Below, piece by piece: positions 36,101 to 51,100 of a stretch of 64,000 bases of DNA. Source of the DNA: Phallusia mammillata (lineage: Eukaryota); NCBI GenBank assembly GCA_965637545.1, contig OZ281497.1, forward strand, positions 19,096,001 through 19,160,000, written 5' to 3'. Each line of letters begins with the position of its first letter. Position 1 is the stretch's first letter. Below the pieces are notes generated by a model. The model was not told where the DNA came from and searched no databases. It worked only from the letters and a program-made list of their open reading frames with translations. The translations under genes were made by a program, and so were the position numbers.

Positions 36101-39100
36101 CGTAACGCGTAGGAACTGTATGCTCCCGGGCCTTTGATGTGTGAGGTAATATTTCACAATTACAGGCGAGCATGCAGAAAATTGGCCGCAGGTATCGTTG
36201 CAAGCAACAGCACCCACTTCGCCGCAGGTATTTTGATCCAATTTATAGATCACCTGACGAGGAACGCGCTGTTGACGGTTGTGCGGTCTCACAAAGAAAT
36301 GTCCCCGCAGTTTTGTGAGAAAACGCCTTGTCTTGGGCACGAAGCGGATCCGGTGACCGCCATATTTGGTGCTGACCAAGATGGATCTCTTCCGCTTTGG
36401 TATCATCGAAAACGGCGTCTTTCGAAAGGGTGACGAGAAAACTCACGCCACACCTGTGAGCGGTGTGGGGGTTTAGTTTTCCAACCTTTGTCGTGTGTAG
36501 TATCGGTTCCAGGTTGTCGCTAACATTTTTTGTATATCCGGCTGAGGGCTGCGCGTACATCGGTTCACGACCCGATTGATGCACGATCGTAAAATCGGTG
36601 TTGTTTGAAATCGACGTGGTGAGTGTTTCGCGCACGACTTCCGATAACCACCATCAAAGTCGATCGACAAAAACAATTGCGCAGTTAGAATTGTTTGCCT
36701 GTTTGCTGAACCTGGATCACCGCGCTTTACTACTGCCTAGTTGTTTGACCAACGAGCCGCGAATTGCCGATTCCGATTGAAGCTCGACAATGTTACCGCA
36801 ATGGTCTCGTATGGTATTCCGTGCACACTTTTGTCGCGACAGTGGGCAGTCGCGCCAGGTGCAATAACTATCAAGATATTCTTATGATCACGATGCTGTT
36901 ATTGTTGTTGTTGACAAAGCAAATGGGATCTTCGTGTTTTATATCTCATCGTAAACGCGATCGCTTTAATCGCATGCGTCAGCGTACAGGTGCTGCCCTG
37001 TCAAGCTCAGCACTTTTCAATCAACTCCGTATTTCCACAACTCAATCCGTGCGTTTTCAACTTTCGTAGATAATTATCTTTGCTTTGAAAGTGCATAAAC
37101 GAGGCTTCGTTAGTTGCCAATCTTCGTTGACGGGAGAAAAATATAGCTGTTCTCAGGTGTGATAGCATCTTGTCGGCAATCTGTTCAAGCGCTCGTGCTT
37201 TGTCCGTCGGTAAGCAAAATACTATTTTAGCCCGTGGAAGGCAGAAAACATGCCTCCCCAAAGGTGCAACATCGCCGCGTGCTATCGTGATCCGCGCCCG
37301 AAGTGCCATGTTATAATGTTTTTGCGATAAGAGACACGAGTTTGTGGGGATCGCCGTTCATCGATGTTTGTTTTGATTTTCGAGCGGTGCCGTTTTATTT
37401 GACTTGCCAAGGTCTGAGGGATTTTTCTTTCTGCATCCAAGCATTCAGCGCGACGTTCAACAAGACACGTTTATTTTTTGTCAACAGCCGCCGGGATTTT
37501 CTTATCACTCGTCACCGAAGGAAAAAGCCTGGGCACGAGGCCGAACGTGTAAATTTAATTTGATTTTATCGCCCAGGCCGCGAGTTCGTGCATATTTGGC
37601 GAATGTGGATTTTCGACAAAACCTAAACGCATTTTAAGTGCTCCATTAATAATAAATATTAGTGTTTCGGTGGCGGTAGACAGAGCCTCAAGGTAATTAA
37701 CAAGTTTACTGTAAGCGGGAAAGTTTCCTTTAAATAGATTTCCATTATGATCCACCTTAGTTAAGCGTTACAAGGGTAGGCTACAGCAATAAATGTTAGC
37801 TTATATCATTTGTAGTACGGTCCACCTAAGTTATAGACTCAACAAGGGCAGATTTTCCATGAACTTTCCATTTGCATTGAAATTGCGCAACAATACGCGT
37901 GTTTACTTGACTGCCAATAGTTTAGGCGAATTTCGAAACAATTACTTATATGCATGTCGGGATTAGGTTTAACGTAGTGAGCGATGATCCCCGTTTAACA
38001 GGTCAACTGACTCACCCACCTGCGTCGCAATACGGTAATCCCACCGACGTTAAAGTTCCCGAAGTGATTATGTAGATGCCCAATTTGGCAGTGTTGCTGT
38101 TTGGATTAATGTTAAAAGAGCTGGGCGGGCGATGAAAGCCTTCGGGCCGCGTAAGTTCAGATCGCGTCGTGTTTAGCAACAGCGACCGACAACGCGTGCG
38201 GCCGCCTTAATCACTACATTGTCAGTGATTGATGAGTTCCCGGCTACACAACATATAAGTTGCCTAACGCACACGATGATGCTCCTGATCATTGGTAAAC
38301 CGCGCCAACAGACGACTCTGATCTGTACATTTTACCGTCGATCGAGAGTTTGTCTAAAAAATCCTATGCGGGAGTCTGTCTGTCTTGCGTGTAGCTTTGT
38401 TCCTTTACCGTGTAGAAACTCGTAGGAAACGACACCAGGAGCTTGTATTTTTTACCTAAGCCTACCTGCTTGTGTTCACATGCGGCTTGGCTGATTGGCA
38501 GTCGGCTATTGAAGTGTGGTGACGTTTCGTCAGCGACGCCTGCAGCCCGACGCCACATCAATTCCCACTTTCCCAATGGCGTCTCGACGAAACCGCTATG
38601 TGGTATTTTCCTTTGCCAGAGCCTACTGTTAAAGTGGTATTTTTGTCGCATTTTGCGTGTCCGCTGGGGCGACAAATGTGGGAGTGCTGCAAGTTGTTGA
38701 TTGAGTAATTGTTTCTTTGGAACGCATATTTTGCGATCCTTTCTGAAAGGATTCCTCACTTGTATTCCAGTCCAAGGCCACTCAGCAGCGGTTTTCACCC
38801 AAAACGCAATTCCAAACATAAAAAAAACTTTGCCATGAACGATCTCTGTGTAATGTTTGCTTGTAATGGTTTTCATTACAAATAACGTGATATTGAATCT
38901 TTAAAGTTGCTGTTGGTGGCGATTTGCCGTGGTGACCTTTCCCGTCACAACCGAAGATTTACGCGTTGATTGCACAACACAGTTAGCGACCCGAATTTCT
39001 TGTCGACTTAACGCTAAGTCGTTGTGCCCCTTGTACTACAAGCAATTAAATGCGACTCCCTCGTAACCTTTACGACAGTGCAGGTGGTTGATTGATCGGA

Positions 39101-42100
39101 TCAGCGCTGCAACCGAGTCACCTATACAAGAGTTTGTTTGGTCGTTCTTGCCGCAAACCCCAATGCTGATTGCCGCGCCAACGAGAGCACGCTTAAACGT
39201 TATTCTAGTTCGACAAAATGTTTGTTGAAAGGGAGTATTTGCCACCTGTGCTGCTCGCGTAAATCAACATGCGGGTCAACTCAAGGCAACGAGATATACG
39301 AGACTCAAATATCGCATTGAATAAGTTTATGAGGCTTTGTCAGCAAACGGATTGTATGTCGTGTTTACATATATTTGCACGGATGTCAAAGCTGGGATAA
39401 ATCTAAAGGGAGTTCCTATATACAACACCTATTAGCTTTTCCGTAAAAGACGTTTACACAAAAAGATCTTCGTTCCGGTCCTGTAAAATGGTTTTGCTGG
39501 CAGCTCCTCCATTGCGTTGTCAAGTTTACATCCGCCACGATCCTCTCTCATGTTGTTTGCCCCGCACAAATACCTTCCACAAAGCTTATTAGAGCTTGGC
39601 GCATTATCCTTCCCGACGGCACGTCATAATGCCGAAGATCGAATCCATTGTCGACACCGCGAATGTTGTTTTTTCGGCGTAATACAGGCTTGCTCCAACC
39701 TCGCTTAGGCGGCAATCAGTTTATGCGCTTGCGGTCTATGGATCGGGCAATTGCTTCAGCGATAAGAATGTCCGCAATTGTTCGTCCGAGCCATTGCCGT
39801 TGCTGATACTACAAGCACTTGACAAACGATTTGTACTCGGGACTGGGCGTGCTGTATACGTAACCCAACAGTCTGACTGTCACTGAAAGCCAGCTGACGC
39901 CAACACTATATTGTGCCCGGATTTAGAGGAGAAGTACAATGTGCGAATGATTTACATAACAATTTTTTGACGTACATCGCCCACGAGTGAAATCACCTGG
40001 AGTTGTGACGATGTAGACCTAAACGGATCGTTTAAAGATAACAAAAATCTCATGTAAATTTAAAGTGTGTTAAGCACAGGTTTTCTCAATTTGGCGTTGC
40101 TATTTTTGTGAGTCAGTCAAAAACGGGATGCACATGTTGTGTCATATGCATTGTATGGAAACGAAACCACTTGTATTTCGAGGACTTATTTAAGACCGAA
40201 TTAAATATAGTAAAGTCACTGTGTGGGTTAACTATCACTGTTGGGAAATAGCTGACCTTTTCGGTTGACCCTCAATGGGCTTAATTAAGAGCAATTACGA
40301 AATAATTGCGCCAGTCTTACACGGGCTGATGAAGGAAGTCGCATCGTGAGAATCGAAGGAGTTGGATGATCGAACATGTACTTTAGCCTTGTCCAATTAC
40401 CGGTATCCAAGCGTACTTTGCGTTTTGGTGAGAAGACCAGGGGCAATTACAAATCGGCGGCTATTTTTAGTGGGATGTGGGTCAGGAATTGGCAAGCGTC
40501 TTCGCAGGAAGCCTGATACAGTTTTGCATTCCAGTCGCGCCATTCGTTGGTAATTAGGCCTGGCGCAAATTTTTCTATAGACGATTGAAGACTGACGGCT
40601 CGACGATCGGGCCACCTCGTCGTCATGGCAACGTTGCTCATTCATCGCGTCGTTCGGGCAGGGCCGGTGTGAAAAACAAATAGAAGTTCCATCGTTACAT
40701 ACGCAGTTGACGCGATACAAAGCGAGGTCGCCGTTTGAGTTTCTGCTTGACTGTTTCTTTGCCGTGCGATAATCTGACGGCGTCTGGTGAGTCCACGTTC
40801 ACTTCACCGACTCTTCTTTCAGCTTTCGATCGTAGTTTACGCTGCCTGAATTGGTGACGGGCCGACGAATATAGCAGCCCGGAAACGATAAAAAATGCCA
40901 CCGACGATATATTGAATGGACTGAATAAACCAGACAGCAAGGAGGGTGGCCTCCTGGACACGCTGAAACAACAACATGGCGACGTGTGTGGACACAGCGA
41001 GTACCCTACGACAATTGAACACGGGTTTGTCGCATTAAAACTGGTGTTTGACAACAACAGGGTGATTCATTTGATAACGCACATTGAGCGAAACGGCAAA
41101 GGATCTGGAGTTGTATAAATTGTGACTTCCAATAAACCGTGTAAGCGGCAAATTCTCCTGACATTCCGGCGCCAGTTGAATTCGGTTCTTAGTCCCACGC
41201 TCGCCGTTCGCATTCGGCTCTGCTAGGCAAAACACATTTTGGCAGATTAGCATTGTATTAAAGTTGGTGCGCAGTACTGAGGAAATGCGAACATTTTGGC
41301 GTTGAACGATCAACACGCGTGCATCAGAGCGAGAGCCGGGTTCGCCATTTGAAAGGCGGCCTGGTATTTTCTTCACTCATTGCAGGCGATCCATGAAGCG
41401 AGAGTTGCTAGCCTGTTTACCGTCTGTCTGTGCACTGCCATAAGCGAGTCACAACATTGGGGCTTGGTGACTGCTATCCATGCTTCATCGCTAATCCCAA
41501 GTGCGTGGTTGGCTGAATGCTTGGAGATCGAGCAAAGTAGCAAAGTTCTTTCGCGACCGTCGAGGGTTTCGAATTTCGATGAGTAATCCTCACCAAATCG
41601 CTTCTTAGTCGGTCCCACTGCGGAATATGCGATTTGCGACGCGTAGTAGCGTAAACACATTCCATTGCGTTGTGACGTAGGACCTTTGCGCTACCAAACA
41701 TTCAACAATTTCATCACCCCAATCGTTCAAACACGTTTGACATGCCACGTGCCACGTCGAACACTCAAGTACAAAGCTGAACCAACAAGGAATTCGAAAG
41801 TTCAAACCAACAAAGTGTCTTGGTTTGAGATCGGCGGTCTCCGTTAATAAATTAGCGTCGCAATTTTTCACAAACTTCGTCGTTTTCTTGAAACCTTTCC
41901 AAATAGTAGAAACGCCGCCGTGCAAACACGTTTCTGTGATTTATTGGTCCATCTGGTGACGTAAGAGGTACGTCACGCCCAGGCGCGAGCAAACGAAGTC
42001 GTACCTCCCGCGAAGTCATCACTCTACACAAGCTTATAAGAGTTTGTGTTTACCGCTTCCAACCGAAGCCTAAGAACAGTGTATCGGTTTGTTATCGTGT

Positions 42101-45100
42101 GTTCGAGTAACAAACCGGCGTTTTCTCCGCTGCTGCTGCGAACATTTGTGAGTCACACAGCAAACACCATAAAGTATCATTTCGAGGGAAAAACACCGCG
42201 CAGCGTATTATGCGTGCCGCACAGCGAAAACTTCAAGCTGCACCTTTCTTGAACAGCACGGAACCCCAGGCACTTCCCAAAACCGGTAATTGCCCTTGTT
42301 GCAATTAGTAGCACCTGTCATGGCTTATTCCATATCGCACAGCGCGTCGAGGCGATTTGCGGCGGGTTGGTGCGTCCGTATCGCCTGCCAAGGTGAGAAT
42401 TACAGCTCCCGGGCGGCATGTAATCACACGTGTGCGGTGCTGCCACATCTTGCTGGGCGGATCTCCATTAACAAACGCTGCATTGCGGCAGCTTGACGTC
42501 GCAAATCTGCTTTGATTACAAACCACACAAAGTAATTGCCGACCGCTTCTATGACGCTAAAGCTCTTACAACATGTCAAAATTCGAAGTTGTGGTGTTGT
42601 TCGATGAACTGTGGTATGGCTAGACAATTGACCAAAGTGTCTGCTGCGTTTGATCGCGCTCAATTTCTCAAGGCTTTCATACAGAGATGACAATTTTCGG
42701 CCTAATCCAGCTCTTCACGCGTCAAACGTATAGTTGGAGTTCCATTCACAAGTTTTCTGGTGCTTCCAAGAACGCTAATAAACCTGGCATAATTATCATG
42801 TCAAAAGTGTCATTGAATATCTCAAATTTTCAATAATTATTAACTTAATCCAATAGACCGTCTGCTTATTGGCATGTATAATTGGGTAGGCGCTAAACTG
42901 CGGTCTCCCTTATGTGGTATATCATTGGTGCGAGTTAGAAATTATGGCGGATGTGTTGCAACCTCTGTTTCATCGGACACGCGCGTTCAATTATCACGCG
43001 CAGTCTGCCGGCTCCGGGACGTTGTGTAGCTACAGCCAAGCGTCTGCATAGCGGATTGCGCGCTAATTGGTCCGTAATTGTTGCCTTCCTGCCACTGACA
43101 ATGGCCGATCATGTCTTATGAGAAGTGGTTATTCTTTTCCTCGACGCCCAATCATCGTGGGAACGATTTTAATGAAGTCTTGCTGCAATGCTTAATTCCA
43201 AGTGACCCAGCTTCCATCGCAACCAATCAGGCATTTCCACTTCGGATTAATAATATCGTCTGGCGTGTATTTCATAACGTAAAAGAAATGTACGAGGAAC
43301 TACATTCTCGACCTTACGCTTCAAACGCAACCATTGTAACCGTCTGTATTCGAGATCAATTAGGCGCAAAACTCAATGCTTTGACCTTATACAAGGCTTC
43401 GTAGTTGGTATGAAAGGCATGCGTTTACTTCTCGTTCCGGTAGAACGTTCAGTGTGTATCGGCTTCGATTTGGCTCTTGTGGAAACTATACGCTTATCAG
43501 CAAGAGTTGTGGAATTGGCATGCCTTTAATATTGAGTGATATGAGGATTTGGTATGGTTCTGGTAATTGTGGCGACTTACTTGCGGTATTCACTTAGCTT
43601 CGTGTACACAAACTTGTAATTAACCGGCCTGGTACGTCAGTGTTTAACATTTCGATCGATGTTTAGTGGCTAATTCGGAAACGGTTTGCTTAAACGCAAA
43701 CGATAATTGCTGTTGTAAGTAACAAGCATCATCTTTGTCCAACGTCAGCTAATTGGCTATGTGTTGTTTCTGTCAGTTGAGAAGCTATCATTATGGTTTT
43801 TGTCAGCACAAAGGCAACATTGCGTTTAAGAAGTTGCCTGCATTTTGTTTTGTTGAAGTGAATTCAGAGTATAAGAAACCAGCAGCGAATGAAATGTACT
43901 TTTCGGCGTTTAGTTAGAAAGAAACAGGTTATTGTATAGTGACCTCAGCTTAACAAACAAAATTATGTGGGGACACGTGACCCTTGTGGGTGTGAATGAC
44001 CCTGCTGGCAGTACTTCGGACTGGGTGGGTCCTCGCCAATTTACCACATAAACATGGTACTTGACATCCATGTCGACCTGGTATTTGATAGCACTTGAAT
44101 GTTTGCTTGACCTGAGTAGAGTTTTTTGCCGGTGGCGTACTATGGACCTTAAGGGCTGCGATGGTTGGTGGTTAGTCCAACAGCCGCGCCTTGCGTGATG
44201 TGTCATCCCGTTTCAACATCGGCCGCTCCCTCTCGCAAAGTTTGCTTAACTAATCGCTGCAGAAACCTCTCGCTGTTACAATATTGATAGTCGCTTTCGT
44301 TTCCAAACAAACAGTGAGGCCTGTCAGTTGTTGCGAGTGTCAAACGAAAATTATGGCATCAGAAACAAAACAGTTTCCAATAGCGTCTAGTCGTGGTTTC
44401 TTCGTCTCCTGGGAGAATTTTTGTCGGGAAGCTGCAACAGCCGACGTAATCGAATCAAGATTCATTAACACAGACGAGGTTTTCTCTTGCAATAGGTCAA
44501 AGGCGTCGCGGGTATCAGTTAGCTCAAGTTACAACCCTATCTGGCTTTCCTGTAGGCTTCTGCTTGTTTCCTGCGATTATGTGCATGGCCCGATAACTTT
44601 GCTGACACCACAAACACGAACAAGTTTCCATTAGCCGCGACCCGCCGGTGGTCCTACTCTGGCGGTTTGCTTAATTTAGGCCCGTGACGACGAACTTTCA
44701 GAACATTATCTTGTATTATAGGCTGCTGGCATTTTCTAATGTGTACCTTGACTACATTGAACTTGGGTTAAATGAACAAAAATCGATTACAGAACAAATG
44801 CAACGAGTTTGAATGGGTCATGCACCTGGGCGTGTGTAGAGTATACGTTGTAATTAGAAACATAAAACACTGCTACGGACTTACACACAATACCTTAATC
44901 GGAAACCGAAATGCCAGAACGTGTAATACTTATAACTAAGATGCTCTTAACTTAAGCGACATTTAATGTAAAAATTTGTACAAAATTTTGTTGTAGTCAT
45001 CACTACGTTGACAGTATTAACTCTGTGTCCAACATTGCATTTTCTGACTTAAGTATTCACGAAAGAGTATAGATTTTAGCAAAACAATATTTACCCGTTT

Positions 45101-48100
45101 TGATGCACAAAACGATGTCAGTTTGAGCATTCGACTTGTACATGCTACATCGTTGACACCTGCCCGTGTTGGGGCAACGAACGCAAGACGACGTGCGAAA
45201 ACGCTACAAATAAACAAACCCGTGATACCTCCCGCATCCCATATGTTTTACCAAAGGTGGATCGGAGGTCCTACACTCACCACCCGCTGTTGGTGCAAAT
45301 ATACCGCGCAGGGCATGAGCAGGACACAGGTCATCACGCATCGATGAAATGGTCGCAGGCCTTGATCCGTGGAACTGCGCAAAGCAGCGGTCGCTCACCT
45401 TTGTTTACGTTTAAGCTAATGGAAAGATGGCAGATAAGTTCAATGGCCGTACATCCCCAGAGCAGAGGCCCTGGCTGTTTACTGGTTAGACTGACCATTG
45501 CCACTAATCCCTTTCCCTTGTGTGCCGGGTACTCCTGTCAGTTCGTTTGTTGACACAGGGCTTGATATATAAGCGCCGGGATCACCTAAATCGCACCACA
45601 GTTGAGAATGGGTTGTACCAAAGCCAGTCAACGGCAGCGAATATTCAAAATTTGTTTTGGAATACACTTAGGTATTCGCCTAAATGTGTTTTGTGTACGA
45701 TTTATACCTAAGGCTGTATGTAGAATTCCTCAATTGAGACTTCGAAGTTACAGTACGAAAGACTTAATTATTTCTTTATTTAAACATTGACACACCTTAT
45801 CAGCATTTAGTTTTGGTTAAACCGTAGACAAGTTGTATTCAATGTAAAGTAGCAGATGTTAACACCTTATTGGATTTAAAATTGCGTTATCAGTAAAGGA
45901 TGTGGAGCCTTCCTGGTTGTCGCTGTCCGCGATACCGGTTCAAGCCGTCTTGCTTTGCGCCTTTGTTTCGGCGCAAGGCCTTTTTCACCAGTCGACTCGC
46001 GGTCAATAGTTCATCGAACGAGGACGCAGTTTTGTGCCATCGCCGCCGCCAGTCGTGAGCCAGCGCTGCTAGCAATCGGACCGTCGGTGGTCTGCCAGTG
46101 ACCCGCATTAGAAATTTGTTCGCACGTCCAGAGTGGTATGACGCGGCGCCGATAACAGTTATCAACTATTGACAGTAGAACCAGTCGCCCTGTTAGTATT
46201 CAGCACACAGAGTAAAATTTTAGCAGCCCGGTAAGGCGTTTGTGGTATCGGATAAGGCTGCCTAATTGCCGGGAAATCTACCCGACTTTTCCGGCAAAGT
46301 ATATTTCGCAGAAAAAGGCCTGTTTGATTTAAACCAATCGAATACCCGCAAACGAGTTGTGGTAGAGATTTTTGCATTCATGGGGGCCAGTAGTTAGCTT
46401 TGTAACATACAGGGCGAGGCTTGCCGCAACCCAGACCATCTTGCCCCGGCAGCTGAGGGTAACATGCAATTAGTAGCGATGCTCGGGACAAATTATTTCG
46501 TTCACAACTGGTTGGAGTCACGCGAGCACCCGTAACAAGTTCTTCCGCACAGGCTTGGTTTGATTCGCGTACGCCATGACACTTAATTGCGGTAATGACT
46601 ACCGTGTCTTCCCCCAACTGTTACGATCACAGGCAAAGTAGACGAGTCGACCAGCGCAGGTGGACCATTGTCGACGGTGTGTAGCATTAGTTGTTCACCA
46701 GTGGAGTTGTGGCTAGCGGACAAGAGCAGTCTTTAAACGTCTTTGTTGCTTTACAGTTGATATATGTATTTGTATAAATATTGGTCTAAAAGTTTATAAC
46801 TGCTGCGACTGGTCGCAAAGGAAATAACATTTGAAGACTTTTGTTTCAACGGATCATGCCAGTTACTTTTGTGGATTTTATGTAAGCAGTCGAATTCGAG
46901 ATATTTCAAGATTCACAACGAGTGGTAAAGTGGAAATCAGCCAGGGAATATGAATTTCAAAATTCTCACCGTAAGTAGCTCGTGTGGTCCCAACTTATAA
47001 CATTCCGAAAGACTTTTGGTTTTGATCGTGACAGTATGCGCCGGTGCCTCGGATCTGGAACCCAGCAGCGTTTCTGTCTATGATGTCACGCCTTGTTTTG
47101 CAGCACGTGCTGACACGCTGAATCGCCGTAATCGTTCCATATTTTAGAACAATGCCTCCCAAATCAGATGTGACCCCTCCCAAACAAAGGCACGTCTTGG
47201 CGAGCTGCATTGTGCCGGATCAAAGCACTTTCCGTTTGTTTCGTAATTAGTTGCGGTGCCAAAGCTGAATCGGGCGGGTCCCGTAGTGTTTAGTCATCGT
47301 GGATGCGATTTCTCTAGTAAAGTGCGCCCCCATCACCACTCTTATCGCGACCGGCAATCGGGGGCGTGCACTCGTGACGTCACGTAAGGGAATACGTAAA
47401 CAATGACGCAAACCGAGAAGGTTGAAGAAAGTGTAAATAAAATGCGGGGCAGCTTGGAGTGGCGATCGCGACCGGGGTTAAAAGTTCGAGCTCCTGCGAT
47501 CGGCGCTTCATCGATCTTTCTTGCGTTTTTGTGTATTCGCTTCACTGACTGATTCTCATGCTTATCAAAAAGCAATTATCGTCGAAAACAATTGCTGAGG
47601 GGTGACCCGCAAAGGCAAGATTGAGCCAGAGTTGCAACAATTTACCCCACCACTTATAAAGCGTATTTTTAAACCGGATCACTCTACTGATAGGCGTAGA
47701 TCAACATACACACGGTATTGTAGTGTGGGGCAATTGTGCGAACTTGTATGGTTCCTCACAGATGTTTTGGCCCTCGGCCCGATTCAAGACATAGTTTTCC
47801 GCCGAACCGCCATTGTTGCAACCTGGCGCAGTGTTGTTCTTAGCGCGTCGCGTCCGTGCCTAATTCGGTCGGTCGCATTAAGGGATCTGGGTTAATGCTG
47901 CCAATAGGTTTTGCTGCGGCCAAACGGGGAGAAACGAGAGCGCGGCATCTGTCTATCCGGGTGTGTATTTCGCAAAGAGAGATTCATCAGAAACAAGCCT
48001 TGTATTGTGTATTCGCGTCTTGTCATTGGCCCCGGCTACCAACCCTGAGATATTTGTTCAGGGCTTGTCGATTAAATCCGCTTCCAGGTCTTTCCCTTAA

Positions 48101-51100
48101 TATCCCCGTATGTAATGAATGTTCTTACCCGCTCCCCGTTGTCAAGTCATGCGTCGTATGTTCATTCGAGACCTTCGATTTGACATGGAGTTCCGATGTC
48201 GCGTCTGAGATACCCCGGTGTTGTATTTGGCTGCCTGAGGCTGAGGGAACCGCGTGCCCTTCACCTCTTGTTTGTTGACTGTTGCCTCAGGGCCGCATTG
48301 GAGCATGGTAGCTCCAGCATGAGTTTTACTGCCGCCTCGCTTCGTTGTCATTTACCATGACCGTAATGACTCGTCATCGCCGAACCAGCAACAAAAATAA
48401 ATATTTAATCATCTTTTGGCACTTTCGCGCTTCTTGGCATCGCCAGACAGGAGTTGGACATTGCTGCAATTGCGATTCCTGCGAAGTGAGTGGGCACTTG
48501 ACAAAAAGCTTGATTCTATCTTGCGGCGCTGAAGGCGAACGGTTGCCAGTAGGAATGCTTACTTTACGCGTTGTCGCTTTCGCAGCCAAATTGACACTTA
48601 CCGCCTAACTAGCTGTCGAGCCCCCAAGTCGAGTGGCCATCACGAGAAGCGGGATAGCGGGGCTTCGTGCTGGATATTTGGAATGAGCGTCATAAACTAC
48701 TTAAACCTTGTGCGAAAGTCCTTGACGGCGCCTCTTCCCCGAGCGGCAAAGGAGCTGGTTTTGCGGTGTGTGTGATGCGCAATATTGACGACCCATGTCG
48801 AGCCGTCGGGTTCCCATGGACGCTGGGGCACAAGTATACATTGGCCGTGAGAAGACGCGTTTAGCGTTACATATCCGCAGCAAGATTGCAACCGTGGCGC
48901 TTAAGTTGCAGAAAGAAACAAGGCGACCCTTTTGACAGGCGATATATTTTGACATTGCAACCCGCAACTGAAGACCGTACTTTCAAACTTTCCCCTAAAC
49001 GCACGAAATGGGTTTAGCTGGCAGTAAATGTTCCATGGTCTCTTTTCATGCGGTGTTAAGGGTTAACTGTCAAGGAGTTACCCGTGTCGAAGGCCAGGCC
49101 GTCGTTTTGGTGTCAGGTTACTGTTCATAAGTGCGTTATCTGGGCACACCAAGCGGAAGGGGGTGTTGTGAGCGGTCGGCGTTTGCCAACTGACTTGTCA
49201 ATCGAACGTCTATCAACGGGTTCGAGGTTTCGTGCAAAACTCAAGACCTAAAAATGTGTCTGGATATCATCAAGGCCTCAAATTCCAATCAGTTTGGTTA
49301 TTTCCGCTTGCTGTACATAGATCTTACACTTATGCAAATAGAACGTCTTTGTCTGACCGGGGTTCGAATGTTTATTCAAAACCTATCCGGCATTTGCAAG
49401 CTGGAAAAACAGCGCCCCGAAATCACGTGTGGTCGACCCCTTTGTGTGCCAAAAATGACAGCAAATCGTCAATCGGCTTTATTTAATCGGATTGCTGCAT
49501 TGTGTTGCGTTCACGCCGCAATTGGCTTACTTGACCACGGACAGAAACGTGATGGGCCTTGTATCCATTTCTGCGCGCGCTCTTAGCCAATTACCAGGTC
49601 ATCGACTCATCTGTGACTTGATGCCAGATGTGGAATTACGGCGCTCGCTCGCGCGAAACCGATCATTTTGTGCCGCGCGTTGTAGAGATTATAGCCAAAC
49701 GCCGCTTGTACCCCTTAACCCCGCACCAAGATCGCAATTAAATGAGGAAAAACAGACTGCTTATTAATCCATCGACTAATGTCGAGCCGTATCTCTTTAA
49801 GTTTAAGGAGACCAAGTGATCAATGCATTACCGCATCTGTCTGCATATAGAACAGAAGTGCACGACAGGGACCATATCGCGCGGTAATAAATTTAAACCA
49901 ATATTTGTGAGACGCATAATGTACGTTGGCATGTTCGCTTTATGAATCTTTAATTCGCAATATACGGGGCATCTGTCCTTGCATCTCGACGACATGACAC
50001 CATGGTCGTAAAGTCCATGTGCGCGGTGACAAGACACGACAGTAATGGACGCCATAAGTGCCGCTCTTCCTTGTAGTTAACCGCGTTTTACGAGACGACA
50101 CTTTCGCGGTCGATTATTCGCCACACATCAAGTGCCTGCTCGACGATAAATCGACGCTTTTTCTCGTTCGCTTGCCAACTATGACGCACCTCGGGGGAGA
50201 CTCGCTTTCCATGACCTCCAGTTCGCACCCACTGCACCGATTGCCATTGGGATTATAGCCGTTTATCAATGTGCCATGACGCATCTATTGGCCGACTTTA
50301 TTGGAACTTATCCCAAACGATCCATCCAAGCTGTCGGAGTAAGTGGTCAGCGTCCTTGTGGTTTATCCCAAGGTCCAATAAAGCATTGCTTTCTGAACAA
50401 CCATGATGGGGCGACAGGTTTTACCATTTATGGTGAAATGAGTGTCGTGGTTGTGGACCAAATTATGTCAAGTTAATTGGCACGAAACATAAAGGGCGTG
50501 TTCGCGTAAATTTTATCGCTACTGCGTGTAATACCCGGTGTGTTAACTTTCACAAAATCGCTACCCACACCGAACTGCTGGATGAAACGCTTTCGAGATT
50601 TTGATTACCAGCTGCTACGACTAATTTCCCCGCGGTAATCACAGGTGCCAGTGCGGACGAGTCGAGGTCAGCCCAAGTTCTTTACTTTGCCACGGCACTT
50701 ACTTCACTGACGATCCAATAAACTATTCTGAAAGGCGGCAATCAGGAGCGATTATCAATCACCGAACGATTAAACTTGCCGCTGCGCAATTCCATAGCAT
50801 GTCCAGTTATCATCAAATTGCCACCCTGGGTCCTTAGCTTAGCTGAAAAGTGACACGCGCCGATTTATGGATTTCCGACTTCGACGAATGTTATTCTGCT
50901 TATACGAACTATAGGGCGTTGCCATTGTTGCGGGCGCACTGTTCTTTGTTCATTGTATACGTTTCATCCCTGAGCAAGGTTCGCCAAAGCGGCGATGGTT
51001 TCCTATCACAAATCCCTTGCGCGACACTTTGAAAGTCACGTGGTATCACATAAGGTGCCATGGGGGTTGGTTGCGACCTTAAACGGAACGCAGAGATTCA

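Noticed and set aside
38636-38704. GIFVAFCVSAGATNVGVLQVVD resembling the PDZ GIFVSKI..LQIHD segment
   Set aside because: Bracketed by in-frame stops (TAA at 38630, TGA right after D) and lacks good splice sites. Probably chance, though worth including in a tBLASTn check.
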